DNA of 63,941 nucleotides, the filler included, from Octopus bimaculoides (Eukaryota): the NCBI RefSeq assembly GCF_001194135.2. It is 7 parts of 7 records of this genome, joined end to end, with 100 filler letters (N's around TTAATTAATTAA, not from the genome) between each part and the next. Parts side by side here need not be neighbours in the genome. Positions count along the whole stretch, not along the records: positions 1 to 27,934 come from NC_069004.1; positions 28,035 to 34,098 come from NC_068984.1; positions 34,199 to 39,067 come from NW_026360896.1; 4 more parts are not named here. One strand, given 5' to 3'. Of the stretch, positions 25,888 to 38,329 are shown in pieces (within the stretch, counting starts at the first letter, position 1; the number at the start of each line of letters is the position of its first letter). A program made the translations under genes and the position numbers. Under the pieces are notes generated by a model that was not told where the DNA came from, did not search any database, and worked only from the letters and a program-made list of their open reading frames with translations.

Positions 25888-26960
25888 TCATCATCATCAT
25901 CATCAACATCGTTTAATGTCTGTTTTCCATGCTGGCATGGGTTGAACGGTTTGACTGAGGTCTGGAGAGCCAGTGGCTGCACCAGGCTCCAATCTGATCT
26001 GGTAATGTTTCTGCAACTGGATGCCCTTCCTAACACCAACCACTCTGAGAGTGTAGTGGGTGCATTTTACATGCCACCGGCACGGGAGCCAGTCAGGCGG
26101 GCCTGGCATCAATCATGTTCGGATGATGCTTTTTACGTGCCACCAGCATGGGAGCCAGTCAGGTGGCACTGTCCACAGCTACGATATTAGTTTTACTTTA
26201 CTCAACAGGTCTTCTCAAGCATATCATATCACCCAACGCATCAGGGGTATTCTTAACAGGGCTGAACATGCATGGCTGCAATCTCACTTTAGTTGCCGGG
26301 TCTTCTCAATCACAGCATAACTCCAAAGGTTCCGGTCTCCTGTCATTATCTCTGTGAGGCCCAATGTTCGAAGATCATGCTTCACCACCTCATCTCATGT
26401 CTTCTTGGGTCTACCACTTCCACAGGTTCCTTCTATAGTTAGGGAGTGGCACTTCCTCACACAGCTGTCTTCATTCATATGTAACACATACCAGTGCAGA
26501 CGCTTCTCTTGCACACCACATTTGATGCTTCTTATGCCCAACTTTTCTCTCAGGGCACTTACACTCTGTCATGTATGCACACTGACATTACACATCCAGT
26601 GGATCATACTAGCTTCATTTCTTTCAAGCCTACACATATCCTCAGCAATCATGGCCCATGTTTCACTGCTGTGTAGCATGGCAGTTCACACATGCATCAT
26701 ACAGTCTACCTTTTACCCTGAGCGAGAAGCCTTTAGTTTCCAGCAGAGGTAGGGGCTCCCTGAACTTTGCCCAGGCTGTTCTTACTCTAGTTGCTACATT
26801 CTCAGAGCAACTGCCCCCACTACAGACTTGGTCGCCTAGGTAGCAGAAACTATTCATTACTTCTAGTTTCTCCCCTTGGCATGTGATGGAATCTGTTTTC
26901 TGTACATCTTCAGTGTTTATTGCCCCAGAGCATCTGCCACACACAAAAACGATTTTCCTG
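25888..26960 (-). mobile_element. RTE-clade LINE 3' fragment with 3' UTR
   Basis: LEVMNSFCYLGDQV...RVRTAWAKFREPLPLLETKGFSLRVKGRLYDACV. The ORF ends near 26283 and continues into a family-C sequence and a (GAT)n tail. Confidence 0.88.
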
Positions 26961-27664
26961 GTTAACCTTCCTTTGATATTGCTGCACCTTTTATGTGTCC
27001 ATACATTAAATGTTGAAATAGTTTCTCAGCCCAAAGAGAGAATGTTTAGTCTTTCAGATACAATATTGACAATGTTATACAAGTATGGCATCCATAAGAA
27101 ATTATCAGAGGTTGTGAGGACTTTGGTTATTTCTCCTTCATGCTGTTGTGGTGTCTCCTTTATATGCATAATATAAACAATAATCCATTTATATGAATAT
27201 GTGCTCTAATAATGCATATAGCAAAGGACCGAGATACTTGGCGCCTCACTGTACTCAAGAGGACCCATACTGTGCAGCAGAAGTGTTAAGAATGATCCTT
27301 CTGATGGTGTAAAACACTCGTGGTGGTGCTACGTAAAAGTGCCCATGCAGTGCCATGCAAAAGCACCCAGCACACATACTGTAAAGTGGTTGATGTTAGG
27401 AAGGGCATCCAGCCATAGAAACCATGCCAAATCAGACTGGAGTCTGGTGCAACTCCCTGGCATGCCAGTTCTTGTCATACCATCCAACCCATGCCAGTAT
27501 TGACAACGGACATTAAATGATGATGATGGTGATGATAGCAACATTTATAAAACTCTTAAATTTATATTAAAAACAGTAAAATATATTAAAATTCATCTCT
27601 AGAAGTTTGTTTATATAGTGACATATCAGGCAACAAAAAAAACAAATAGTGTTCAGATAGCAAG

Positions 27665-27931
27665 TGTTATATGGACTGTTAGATATGTAATTCGTCTGAC
27701 GTTCCGTGTGTCATGTGGTTCGTCTGAGTTCATTGTTTCATTGTTGTTGTCTTGTGGGACTGTCGTAGTAAAATGTCATTGATATATATATATGGCGGAC
27801 ATGACTTTTGTTTATTCATAACGAACATTGGGTGAGTGCGTTCTTTGTATGTAATTGAACAATAAATGTAATAATTAAATTGTATAACTCGTTATGTTAT
27901 CTCTGCGAGTCAGTCCGAGGGAAACATAACA
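27665..27931 (+). mobile_element. Solo LTR (267 bp)
   Basis: TGTTAT...ATAACA terminal inverted hexamers and an internal AATAAA near 27860. Left flank GCAAG versus right flank GCA followed by N is compatible with a 5-bp TSD. Confidence 0.65.
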
Positions 27932-27934
27932 GCA

Positions 27935-28034
27935 NNNNNNNNNNNNNNNNNNNNNNNNNNNNNNNNNNNNNNNNNNNNTTAATTAATTAANNNNNNNNNN
28001 NNNNNNNNNNNNNNNNNNNNNNNNNNNNNNNNNN
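27935..28034. other. Artificial scaffold spacer: 44 N + TTAATTAATTAA + 44 N
   Basis: A palindromic 12-mer giving TAA stops in all six frames, centred in a 100-bp gap. It recurs at about 34143, 39112, 48156, 55877 and 58090. Confidence 0.92.
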
Positions 28035-28084
<50 letters not shown>

Positions 28085-28337
28085 GCATACACACATATTT
28101 ATCCTTATGTGCGTGCATGTGCGTACATGCATATATATGTGCGTGCATCTTTGTGTGTGTGTATGTGTGTGTGTGTGTATGTGTGTGTGTGTATGTGTAT
28201 GTGTGTGTATGTGTGTGTATGTGTGTGTGTGAGTGTGTGAGTGTGCGTGAATGTACGGGTGTGTATAAACTCGTATAACTGTATTGTAAATATATATGTA
28301 TGTATGTATGTATGTATATACACACGTATATATGTAA

Positions 28338-28400
<63 letters not shown>

Positions 28401-29569
28401 ATGTACATCAGTAATAATAACAACCACTATATCTACTAAAANNNNNNNNNNNNNNNNNNNNNNNNNNNNNNNNNNNNNNNNNNNNNNNNNNNNNNNNNNN
28501 NNNNNNNNNNNNNNNNNNNNNNNNNNNNNNNNNNNNNNNNNNNNNNNNNNNNNNNNNNNNNNNNNNNNNNNNNNNNNNNNNNNNNNNNNNNNNNNNNNNN
28601 NNNNNNNNNNNNNNNNNNNNNNNNNNNNNNNNNNNNNNNNNNNNNNNNNNNNNNNNNNNNNNNNNNNNNNNNNNNNNNNNNNNNNNNNNNNNNNNNNNNN
28701 NNNNNNNNNNNNNNNNNNNNNNNNNNNNNNNNNNNNNNNNNNNNNNNNNNNNNNNNNNNNNNNNNNNNNNNNNNNNNNNNNNNNNNNNNNNNNNNNNNNN
28801 NNNNNNNNNNNNNNNNNNNNNNNNNNNNNNNNNNNNNNNNNNNNNNNNNNNNNNNNNNNNNNNNNNNNNNNNNNNNNNNNNNNNNNNNNNNNNNNNNNNN
28901 NNNNNNNNNNNNNNNNNNNNNNNNNNNNNNNNNNNNNNNNNNNNNNNNNNNNNNNNNNNNNNNNNNNNNNNNNNNNNNNNNNNNNNNNNNNNNNNNNNNN
29001 NNNNNNNNNNNNNNNNNNNNNNNNNNNNNNNNNNNNNNNNNNNNNNNNNNNNNNNNNNNNNNNNNNNNNNNNNNNNNNNNNNNNNNNNNNNNNNNNNNNN
29101 NNNNNNNNNNNNNNNNNNNNNNNNNNNNNNNNNNNNNNNNNNNNNNNNNNNNNNNNNNNNNNNNNNNNNNNNNNNNNNNNNNNNNNNNNNNNNNNNNNNN
29201 NNNNNNNNNNNNNNNNNNNNNNNNNNNNNNNNNNNNNNNNNNNNNNNNNNNNNNNNNNNNNNNNNNNNNNNNNNNNNNNNNNNNNNNNNNNNNNNNNNNN
29301 NNNNNNNNNNNNNNNNNNNNNATATACATACATACATATATGTGTGTGTGTGTATGCTTGTGTGTCTGTGTTTGTCACCCCAGTATCACTTGACAACTGA
29401 TGCTGGCATGTTTACGTTCCCGTAAATTAGCGGTTCGGCAAAAGAGACCGATAGAATAAGTACTAGGCTTACAAAGAATAAGTCCTGGGGTCGATTTGCT
29501 CGACTAAAGGCGGTGCTCCAGCATGGCCACAGTCAAATGACTGAAACAAATAAAAGAGTACATACATAA

Positions 29570-29890
29570 AGAAAAAGAGGGTATATTTGGATAACTGCTA
29601 CGAAACCCCCAGCTTCTATACTCAGACTATGAAATTTATATTCATACCAATGATAATTGGAACACTAGGTTCTGTTAATAAATTCTTAAAGGAGAATCTA
29701 GATAAACTGGAAGTTTCATAAAGAGAAATTGATCGGCTGATTCGTATATTACCAGTCCAGTCTGTGAGTGGAACAGTAAAAATATGCAAGACTTTTCTGT
29801 TAACTACATCCAAAAGATGAAGCCTTGTAGCTTTGTTGGAAAGCGACTCCCTCCTCAGTGGAAGATTTGTAATAAAAAAAAAATAGAAGA
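29570..29890 (+). mobile_element. 3' end of an R4/Dong-clade LINE (same family as 3626-6345)
   Basis: FIFIPMIIGTLGSVNKFLKENLDKL...VQSVSGTVKICKTFL, then a short 3' UTR and A-rich tail. Confidence 0.8.
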
Positions 29891-30004
29891 GACATACATA
29901 TACACATACACGCATACATATATATGCACACATGCATGCATACATATACATACATATATAGATATATACATATACATACGCGCGCGCGTATGCGTGCACA
30001 GGTA

Positions 30005-31215
30005 ATTTCGCCATACAACTTTCACCATAACCGTACGAACCTAATAGTTAGATACTGGTACAATAGGCTGACATTTTACAGAAAACCACGAATATATGTT
30101 TTCTAAAACACTATGAACGGTCAGATTACATACTAAATTGTCTTGCTATAGCACAGACGCATCTTGTAGCAAAGAATGAAATCACCGACTTGGCAGGAAA
30201 TCATAGGCAGGTGGGAAGAAAGGTGAGTGGGGTGCGCCGAACAAGTTTTGATAAACAAAGCTGTACTGTCTGGAGTGAAAAACGTCGAAGTAGCCTTGCA
30301 ACAGTATGACTTGATTATAGGAAGGCATTACATTCTATTCGTCACTGATGGTTGCTGATGTGTCTCTATTTGGCAAAAGTACATGCTACGTTAATTGCTG
30401 CCATTGAAAGGTTCACAAAGACTTGAGAAATAATTCTTGCACTTAGAACTGAGAGCGAAACGATCGTCTCCAATGTTATAAATATCTCAAAGGGAAAATT
30501 CCAAGGAGACAGTCTTTCCGTACTTCTGTTCACTGTGGCATTATCATTCCAGCTACAAAAATCAAATGGCTACCTGCTAGGATTTGCAACCGATAGAGAT
30601 ATTAATGTAAACCATAATTTTCTTTGCGGAAGACCATTTATGCTAAAAAATGTTAACAATGCCAAAAAAGCTGTTGGAATTAATAACATTTTCAACTGAC
30701 ATCGGAATGGAATTTGGCCAAATTGATTGTTGAATGGAGAACATCTCATTATCTCTTCTGTCCCAAAGAAAGAATGCTACAAGTACCTAGGCATACAGAA
30801 ATATCATACGGAAGTGCTGTGAATAAAGAAATAGTGACAACAGTTGGAACCCTCCTCTTACAGCAAGACAATATTCTATAATGCATTTTCAGTGCCAGTA
30901 CTGATTCCAGCATTTGAGATACTTGACTGGTCTGTAGAAGAAATACACTTCATAGATGTTAAAATCTGTAAGCCACAAACATCAACTGGAAACTTCTCAG
31001 AAGAGATAACAGAAATAGTCAAGCGGTAAGTTCGAATGTCGTTTAGTCTCTCTCAGACAGCACTTGCTAAACAACAGCAGCAAAAAATAAATACATTAAC
31101 TTAGTGCTGAAAAGTGAAGAAAATAATATCCTATGTGTCCACAGTGAGCTCCTTAGGAAGCACTCTTTTCCTGATGATCTCCCATACGACCGTAAAACAG
31201 CCGAACTAATATATC
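30005..31215 (+). mobile_element. Older R4/Dong RT fragment, homologous to about 4280-5660
   Basis: Nucleotide similarity to the first copy (e.g. ATAAACAAAGCTGTACTGTCTG, CAAGTACCTAGGCATA). Heavily frameshifted. Confidence 0.85.
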
Positions 31216-31697
31216 TCAAAGTAGACAAACCTTCCAGCTAAAGTTAACCGCCGAGATTTCACAACGAAACAAAATAAACAACACTCACTTCAGTAATTAT
31301 TGTCTAATTCCTTTACGCTGGATTACTTCCAACCACTGATATCACTATCTCACTTAAATATGATTTATTAACTGTAATCTATAAGCTTGCACTTAAAATT
31401 AATTACAAATAAAATATTATCAATAATAATTAAATATTAACTATATTTAAGTATTCTCCATAAATTTCAATTAATCAATGTATTCTTCGTAAAATAATTA
31501 ACTCCAACATTTTTTTCTCTTATACACATTTGAATTTCTTTAGCGACTTTTAATTTGTTACTGTTTGACCCCTTGAACTACAATAATGAAGTTAATTATG
31601 GCAAATGACTTTAGAATTTTCATGGTTAGTTTTTATTTCATTTTTTAGTCTAACATTTAGAGGGCTATTGTTCGTGTATGTAAATATATCTGTATGT

Positions 31698-31770
<73 letters not shown>

Positions 31771-31867
31771 NNNNNNNNNNNNNNNNNNNNNNNNNNNNNN
31801 NNNNNNNNNNNNNNNNNNNNNNNNNNNNNNNNNNNNNNNNNNNNNNNNNNNCGAGTGTTGAAACAAA

Positions 31868-33958
31868 TATTGTTGTATTTCGGTACGGTAATTTTTTTTT
31901 TTTTGCCAAATAAAAACACGCATTATATATTCGTTCTTCACTCATTTATTACTGTTCTTATTCTAACTCATGTTTATTGTCCGGAAATCGTTCGTAACAC
32001 ATCTGTGACCCCCTCAGCGACACTTTCCATCTTCGTGTGTGCTCTTACTCTGCTAATTCCATTCTATTCTTCTATGATGTATATCCTTATATGCGCATGC
32101 GTCTGTGTTTGCGCGCGTGTGTGTGTGTGTACGTGTGTAAGTGCGTGTGTGTATGTGTCATTGTTCTTAGTATGACCCTCCTCTCAGCCCAATCCCCTAC
32201 CTCGTTGCCGCTTCTGCTGCCCTTGAACCCGATGTTTTGAACCGTTTTTGTAATTCACTGCGTTTGTGTGTTCACCCACGTTGCTGCCATCATGGTAGCT
32301 GTTGTTGTTGCCATTGTTGTTACCGCTGTTGCTTTTGTCGTTGTTAGTCGTGTTGTCGATATTGTTGGTGGTGGGTGTTATTGTTCCATTCGTGTTTTCT
32401 GTTGAGGCTCGGTTTGTCTATTGCTATGTGTGTAGCCTCTGTGATCTGACTAAGTGTTGTGTCACTTCTATACGTTGATAATACTTTGACCTTTATGCTA
32501 TTGACTGAGCCTCAATGTTCTCCTTGAGCATGTTGGTAGAACACTGACGAGCCTTCTCTCCTTTGAGCTCTCACCAGTGTCCACCTACACGCCCTCGTAT
32601 ACTGAATGCTGGTTCACCAATGTTAATAGTCGTCATGCTTCCGCACCGTCCCTCAGTACATCGTAAGCTATACACTATATTCTTAATCTTACAATTAATC
32701 TGTGGGTTCATCCTTTAATCTGTAGATTGGCCTTATCTAATGTTAATCTGTAGATTAGCTTTATCTAATGTTTTTCTAAAAAGCACCCCAACTATAGGCT
32801 ACCAGTTTTAGACACGGAACTCTGGTTAGAAACCAAGAACTATAAATTCCAGATCCTTCACTCCCATTATGCCAAACCTCTAAATACCATGTTCACAAGA
32901 AAACAGCCATTGCGGACAACGCCAAGTTCAATACTCTTATAGCAGACTTGGTAAGAGTGATGAGGAATGTCTCGCATGTGCAACCCTATGGAATTGGAAA
33001 GATACATAGAATAGTTCTTCCACTGCATGCAGTTCTCTGACTACAACCAAAGGGAGAGGATTAGAGTGTGCAAAGGAGCCAGGGCTAAATACAAAGCAAT
33101 CATAGAGAGTGATGCAAAGAAGATCTGCTCGCTATACTGGAGTAAATCTCGGAATAGCACAAAGGACCAGAAAAAAAATATAGATAAGGCCAATACATGG
33201 TATGACAACAAAAATTACCAGAGTATCATGTTCGTTGATGCTACCTCTGCCGGCGGACTAGCATACCTTTTAGAAAAAAGACATAAGATAAAGCCAATGT
33301 GCGAATTAAAGTAGTAGAAAGGCTTGGTACCCCTATAAAGTTCCTGATCTGTAGAACTTATCCCTTCAATAGGTCCCCATGTACGGAGAATAATTGTATT
33401 GTATGTAGGATGAATCTACAGGTTAACTGTAAGGTTAGGAATATAGTGTATAACTTACAATGTACCGAGGGACGGTGCAGAAGTATGACAATTACTTACA
33501 TTGGTGACAGTACGCAGCACGCTGCATAGGAGAGCTCCAAGGAGAGAAAGCCCCGTTAGTGCTCTATCAACATGCTTAAGCAGAACATAGAGGCTCAATC
33601 AATAGCATAGAGTATTATCAACGCATAGAACTGACACGACATTTAGACAGATCACAGAGGCTACACATATAGCAATAACACACATACACACACACACACA
33701 CGCAAACACAGATGCATGCGCATATAAGGATATACATCATAGAAGAACAGAATGGAATAAGCAGGGCAAGAGCACACATGAAAACGGAAAGTCGGAAAGT
33801 GTCGCTGAGGAGGTCACAGATGTGTGACGAAAGATTTCCGAACAATGGACATCAATTAGAATAAAAGCAGTAATAAACGGGTATAGAACGAATATATAGT
33901 GCGCGTGTTTATTTGGCCAAAAATTTTTTTTAAATGACCATCCCAAAATACAATATAT
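31868..33958 (+). mobile_element. Penelope-like element 3' fragment (RT thumb and GIY-YIG) with long inverted pseudo-LTR
   Basis: RLPVLDTELW...HSHYAKP...KVVERLG...CTENNCIVC...CKVRNIVYNLQC...YIGD. Region 31868-32715 is the inverted copy of about 33405-33958, with an insertion at about 32160-32400. Confidence 0.85.
33802..33841 (+). ncRNA. Minimal hammerhead ribozyme motif in the PLE pseudo-LTR
   Basis: UCG-CUGAGGA-G-GUCACA-gaug-UGUGAC-GAAA-GAUU-UC-CGA: intact core, 6-bp stem II, 3-bp stem I, UUC triplet. Confidence 0.62.
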
Positions 33959-34466
33959 ATATATATATATAATGTTAATTCTCTAAATGAAGTATTAACA
34001 GTAACTGCACGATAAAGTGTAGTATATTGCCACTTAAGTGTGGCTGACCCCTAGGGGTGGATGTTACTGTTGCTTTTAGCCCCAGGAGGACATCTCCTNN
34101 NNNNNNNNNNNNNNNNNNNNNNNNNNNNNNNNNNNNNNNNNNTTAATTAATTAANNNNNNNNNNNNNNNNNNNNNNNNNNNNNNNNNNNNNNNNNNNNAA
34201 GAAAGGGGTATAGAGCCCTTTCTCCTTTTACATTACCTTTTTTTTTTTCTACAGGTGTATTCTCAGAATTGGTCCGTTTATACTGGCCATTTTTCCAACA
34301 GTCACCCATCTTTCAACGAATTTGCTATGAGACAGCACTTCCCTCTCTACTCTCATCTTCCTTTTCAAGTGGAACTTGAAAAAGTTGATGAGGCCTTGTA
34401 ATAACAACAACAACAACATCGAAAAATATCTTAGGAATGAGAACCCAAGTTCGAAATTTCCCCAAG

Positions 34467-34509
34467 ACACCTGATGAAGGTTGAAGGGTATATCAGCCAA
34501 ACGTTGTGT
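34467..34509 (+). ncRNA. Degenerate hammerhead motif (G12 missing) in a probable PLE-terminal repeat
   Basis: ACAC-CUGAUGA-A-GGUUGA-agggUAUA-UCAGCC-(G)AAA-CG-UU-GUGU. Confidence 0.5.
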
Positions 34510-35501
34510 TGAGGACAAATAATGTAAATATGTTGGAAGTATAAATGATTTGAATAACACGTGCATTTGACTTCATTTCTGAATTTATCCATGCTATATA
34601 AAAACATTTCACTTAACCATGGTATTTCCACCTTTATAAGTAGCTGTAATATCCTTGGCACTTATGTGAATCTTTGCCACCCTGGTAACTATTTATTTTT
34701 TCCGTGTTATTTGTACACATTGAAAGAATACACATACATATTTGTGTGTGTATGTATATATTTATGTGAGCGTGCCTTTGTGTCTGTGTTTGCCCCCCCC
34801 CCCATCATCGCTTAACAACCGATTTTGGTGTGTTTACATCCCCGTAACTTAGCGGCTCAAGAATAAGTTTTGGGATCGGTTTCTTCGACTAAAAAACCCG
34901 TGGAGGTGGTGCTCCAGCATGGCTGCAGTTAAATGACTGAAACAAGTAAAAGAATGAAGGAAAACCAATCCAGGGTGTTAGATTGGTGGAACTGAAAGAC
35001 ATCGGACCGGTTACTTTGCGAAATTTGTTTCTGTTCTTCGTGTTCAAATCCCACTATGCCCTACTTGGATGGTAGGCTTATTCAACTCCACTACGTGATA
35101 TCTCTGGTATTTTAGAAGAATCAGCTCTGCTGCAAGCATTCTGGACACGTCTCGGATTTGTGGATACTTTCCACTCTCCGAATTGTCTCGGAGGCCCTAT
35201 AACGGGTCATGGATACTACATTCTCTCTCCCAGCTGAAATGAAGATGAAAAAATTAAACAGAAGCTTTCAGTTTTGCAAAAGCCAATATTACCAGGGAAT
35301 TTGAATTGCTGGGCACCGCACCGCTAACAATCCATCAATGACAACATTGTTTCTAGGTTGTTAATACAGCTTCCTGTTATTGTTGTTATGGTTATCGTAT
35401 GATACTACTTCCTGTAATCATATGACAAACAGCTATATGTTGTCAAGCTGTAAAGCATTTAAACGTCAACAGTTATTCCTAATGAACTTTACTAATCTTA
35501 C

Positions 35502-35566
35502 CTGATCCACCCAATCTCTCAGCAACAATAATAACACCATAGAACACTTTGTATTACAATGTCTAT
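35502..35566 (-). CDS. Candidate exon of an unidentified gene (frame uncertain)
   Basis: TTTCAATCAG acceptor and CAG|GTAAGA donor in unique sequence. A further strong acceptor lies at 35233 (TTCATCTTCATTTCAG). Confidence 0.25.
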
Positions 35567-38329
35567 CTGATTGAAACACTCAACAATGAAGAAACATCTT
35601 ATGCTACAACATCAAACAGATACTCACAACAAAGAATCGTCTGGTTAATCGGATAGCTGATTGAATACATTTCAACGGATGCTGGTAACTTATGCACTAT
35701 TTACTATAAACTTATACATTATTTATTTAATGCATAATGCGTTTACTTAATGCATTCTGCATTAAAAAATATTTATCCATTTCATATAATTTCAAATTTA
35801 AGTAATGTTGTTTATTGATGACATTATGACTTATGTTTATAACTCCGTAGGTTCGGTTTATGAGGAAAAAAATAATTTTCAGTATGTGTTTCTTACTGTA
35901 GTTCCTTCCAGTTCGGCACTTTGACCACAGAGTATATAGGGAAAACGAGGTGCCCTTTCGGAATATTTCAATTTCTACGGTGTTAAAAAAATTTTTTGAT
36001 TGAATAACGAACAGCAGAGAAATTCGTTAATATAAAATATTCATTAAACGCCTTAACTTGCTGTGTTTGTTCCCTTTAAATCACTATCATTAGCACCATA
36101 AGAAATAAAATTATGTGGTATCATTTAATATATAAAATATAATTACTTCCATGGGACCTCCGAAATGTTACGGTAAAACTACAGATAGAAGCCCCTTCTG
36201 CGAATATTTTTCCCCTCGTAACTTACCGAAAAAAAAGTATCTTTTTCAATGAAATTTCGTGGAAGTACAGTTTCAAGGGTGTAGATTACGGCTATGTTTA
36301 TAAACTTTATGAAAAAATAAAAGGCACTACTTAATTACAGAGGTCCCGATGCATCAACATAACGATATGAAGAGGAGGTAATTTAGTTTTACCAAAACTA
36401 CTGTTAATGATGTAAGGGGCCCCTCAATATCGTCTGTTTTTACTACGACCTTTTTCCCTACAATATCGTCTGTTTTTAATGTGATGTTTTCATAGTGCAC
36501 ACTCGTTAGGGTTAGGGTTTAGGGCAGTGGTGACTCGTAGATAAAATTAGTTGGGGTGTTGCTTCAGAAAATTTTTAGCCGTTGTTTTAATATTGTGTAA
36601 AAGGAAACACATATAAAAAGAATATTTGTACATAAACTTGATGGGTTCGCGTTTTAGCCACTGTCAGGTAGTGTGTTTCATTTGTTCACTGAACACCGCC
36701 GCGAATTCCCCCGTGTTTTTCAAAAATCTCTCACTAAATCACAAAATAAGGGGGCGAAAATCTGCCCTATTTTTCAAATCCTGGCAGCAACACTGAAGCT
36801 GGAAGTAGGATTATAATCTAATTCTACACTTAATCACATTCAAGAATATAAGCACATTTTTAAGAAACATACGAGGAGTCAAAAAGAAACACTACCTTTC
36901 ACCAGCACTACTTGAATGACAGTGCTCTCTTTCACTAGTGTGAACCTTCCTATCTTGTATATGTGAGCATGCACACAACAGTCAAACACCGTGTTGCTGA
37001 AACTGTGAAGCACACAATTCTATAAAAGGACTTTTGTATTTTTTTCATAAACCAGGGGATGGCTACTGACATTAAGCTTAAGGGTTATATAATGTACAAG
37101 TATAAAGAAAGAATTAAAGAAAAAAAGGACTCATTATATTAAATGTTATCGATAATATCGAGTGGAAATAGGGGGTGCTGCAGTTCTGCAGTGCCTATGC
37201 ATTATCCATCACTGGTTTAGGGTTAGGGTTTAGGTTAGGGTTAGGTTTACGCAGAAAACGGGTGGTGTACATATTCTTTACTTCAGCCTATCAGGGTTAA
37301 GACTAAGGTTAAATTTTTGTTTCGACTTATACAAGGACCACTTATGTGAAGTCACAGTAGTTTTGGTNNNNNNNNNNNNNNNNNNNNNNNNNNNNNNNNN
37401 NNNNNNNNNNNNNNNNNNNNNNNNNNNNNNNNNNNNNNNNNNNNNNNNNNNNNNNNNNNNNNNNNNNNNNNNNNNNNNNNNNNNNNNNNNNNNNNNNNNN
37501 NNNNNNNNNNNNNNNNNNNNNNNNNNNNNNNNNNNNNNNNNNNNNNNNNNNNNNNNNNNNNNNNNNNNNNNNNNNNNNNNNNNNNNNNNNNNNNNNNNNN
37601 NNNNNNNGTTACCACTAATTTTTGTTAATTTTAGAATTTTTGTTTTTAGGTTTATATATTTGAAACATCAATGTTACATATTCCTCACTCTTGAAAATGT
37701 ATTTTTGCCTTTATATTTTTAAAATATGTTTTTAAGAAATAAATTGGTAGCGGGTGTGGTTGGTGGCTGTTCCTTCACGTTGTCCTACAGAGGACTAATT
37801 GTAAGGAGTAAAATCAAAAGGAGATAATCAATAAGCTGGTCTTATCCAAAGGTTTTGGGGGGGGGGGCTAGGACCCATGCATAATTTCCAAAAATCTCTA
37901 GCTTGGAGTGTTATCAGATGGAGCATTGCAAGATTAGGATAAGCTCTACAGTTGTAGTAGTTCTCTCAGCCACACCTGCCTGAGATGCTCTCAGAACACT
38001 GAAGCCATACTGCCCAAGCTTGTACACTACTTGGGCATTGCTGACTTGTGCAGTTATGTTGAACAGCTGTTATCACGAAGGGTGGGTCCTGCTATCCACT
38101 GACTGAAAGGACTGAGGACAAACAACTTTCCATTTTGGCAAAGCCCTCATTGACTTTTTTCAAGTTCCCCTTGGAAAGGAAAGTGGGTATGGAGAGGGAG
38201 GTGCTTCCTACCAGTAAATTTATAAAAAGGTAGATGAATGCAGCAGTAATAGCCTGAGTGGATGAACCTGTCAGCTGAACTGTATGGAGGAGAGAAGAAC
38301 ACTTGTTGTCATACTCCTGATGGGTTGGG

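Noticed and set aside
27979-27990. Recurrent TTAATTAATTAA palindrome as a biological motif or CRISPR-like repeat
   Set aside because: It is always centred in exactly 100 bp of N-padded gap and is an artificial all-frame stop linker.
36391-37367. 13-bp inverted match ACCAAAACTACTG / CAGTAGTTTTGGT as TIRs of one element
   Set aside because: The match is short, one arm abuts a gap, and no TSD is visible; it is more likely two copies of a common repeat.
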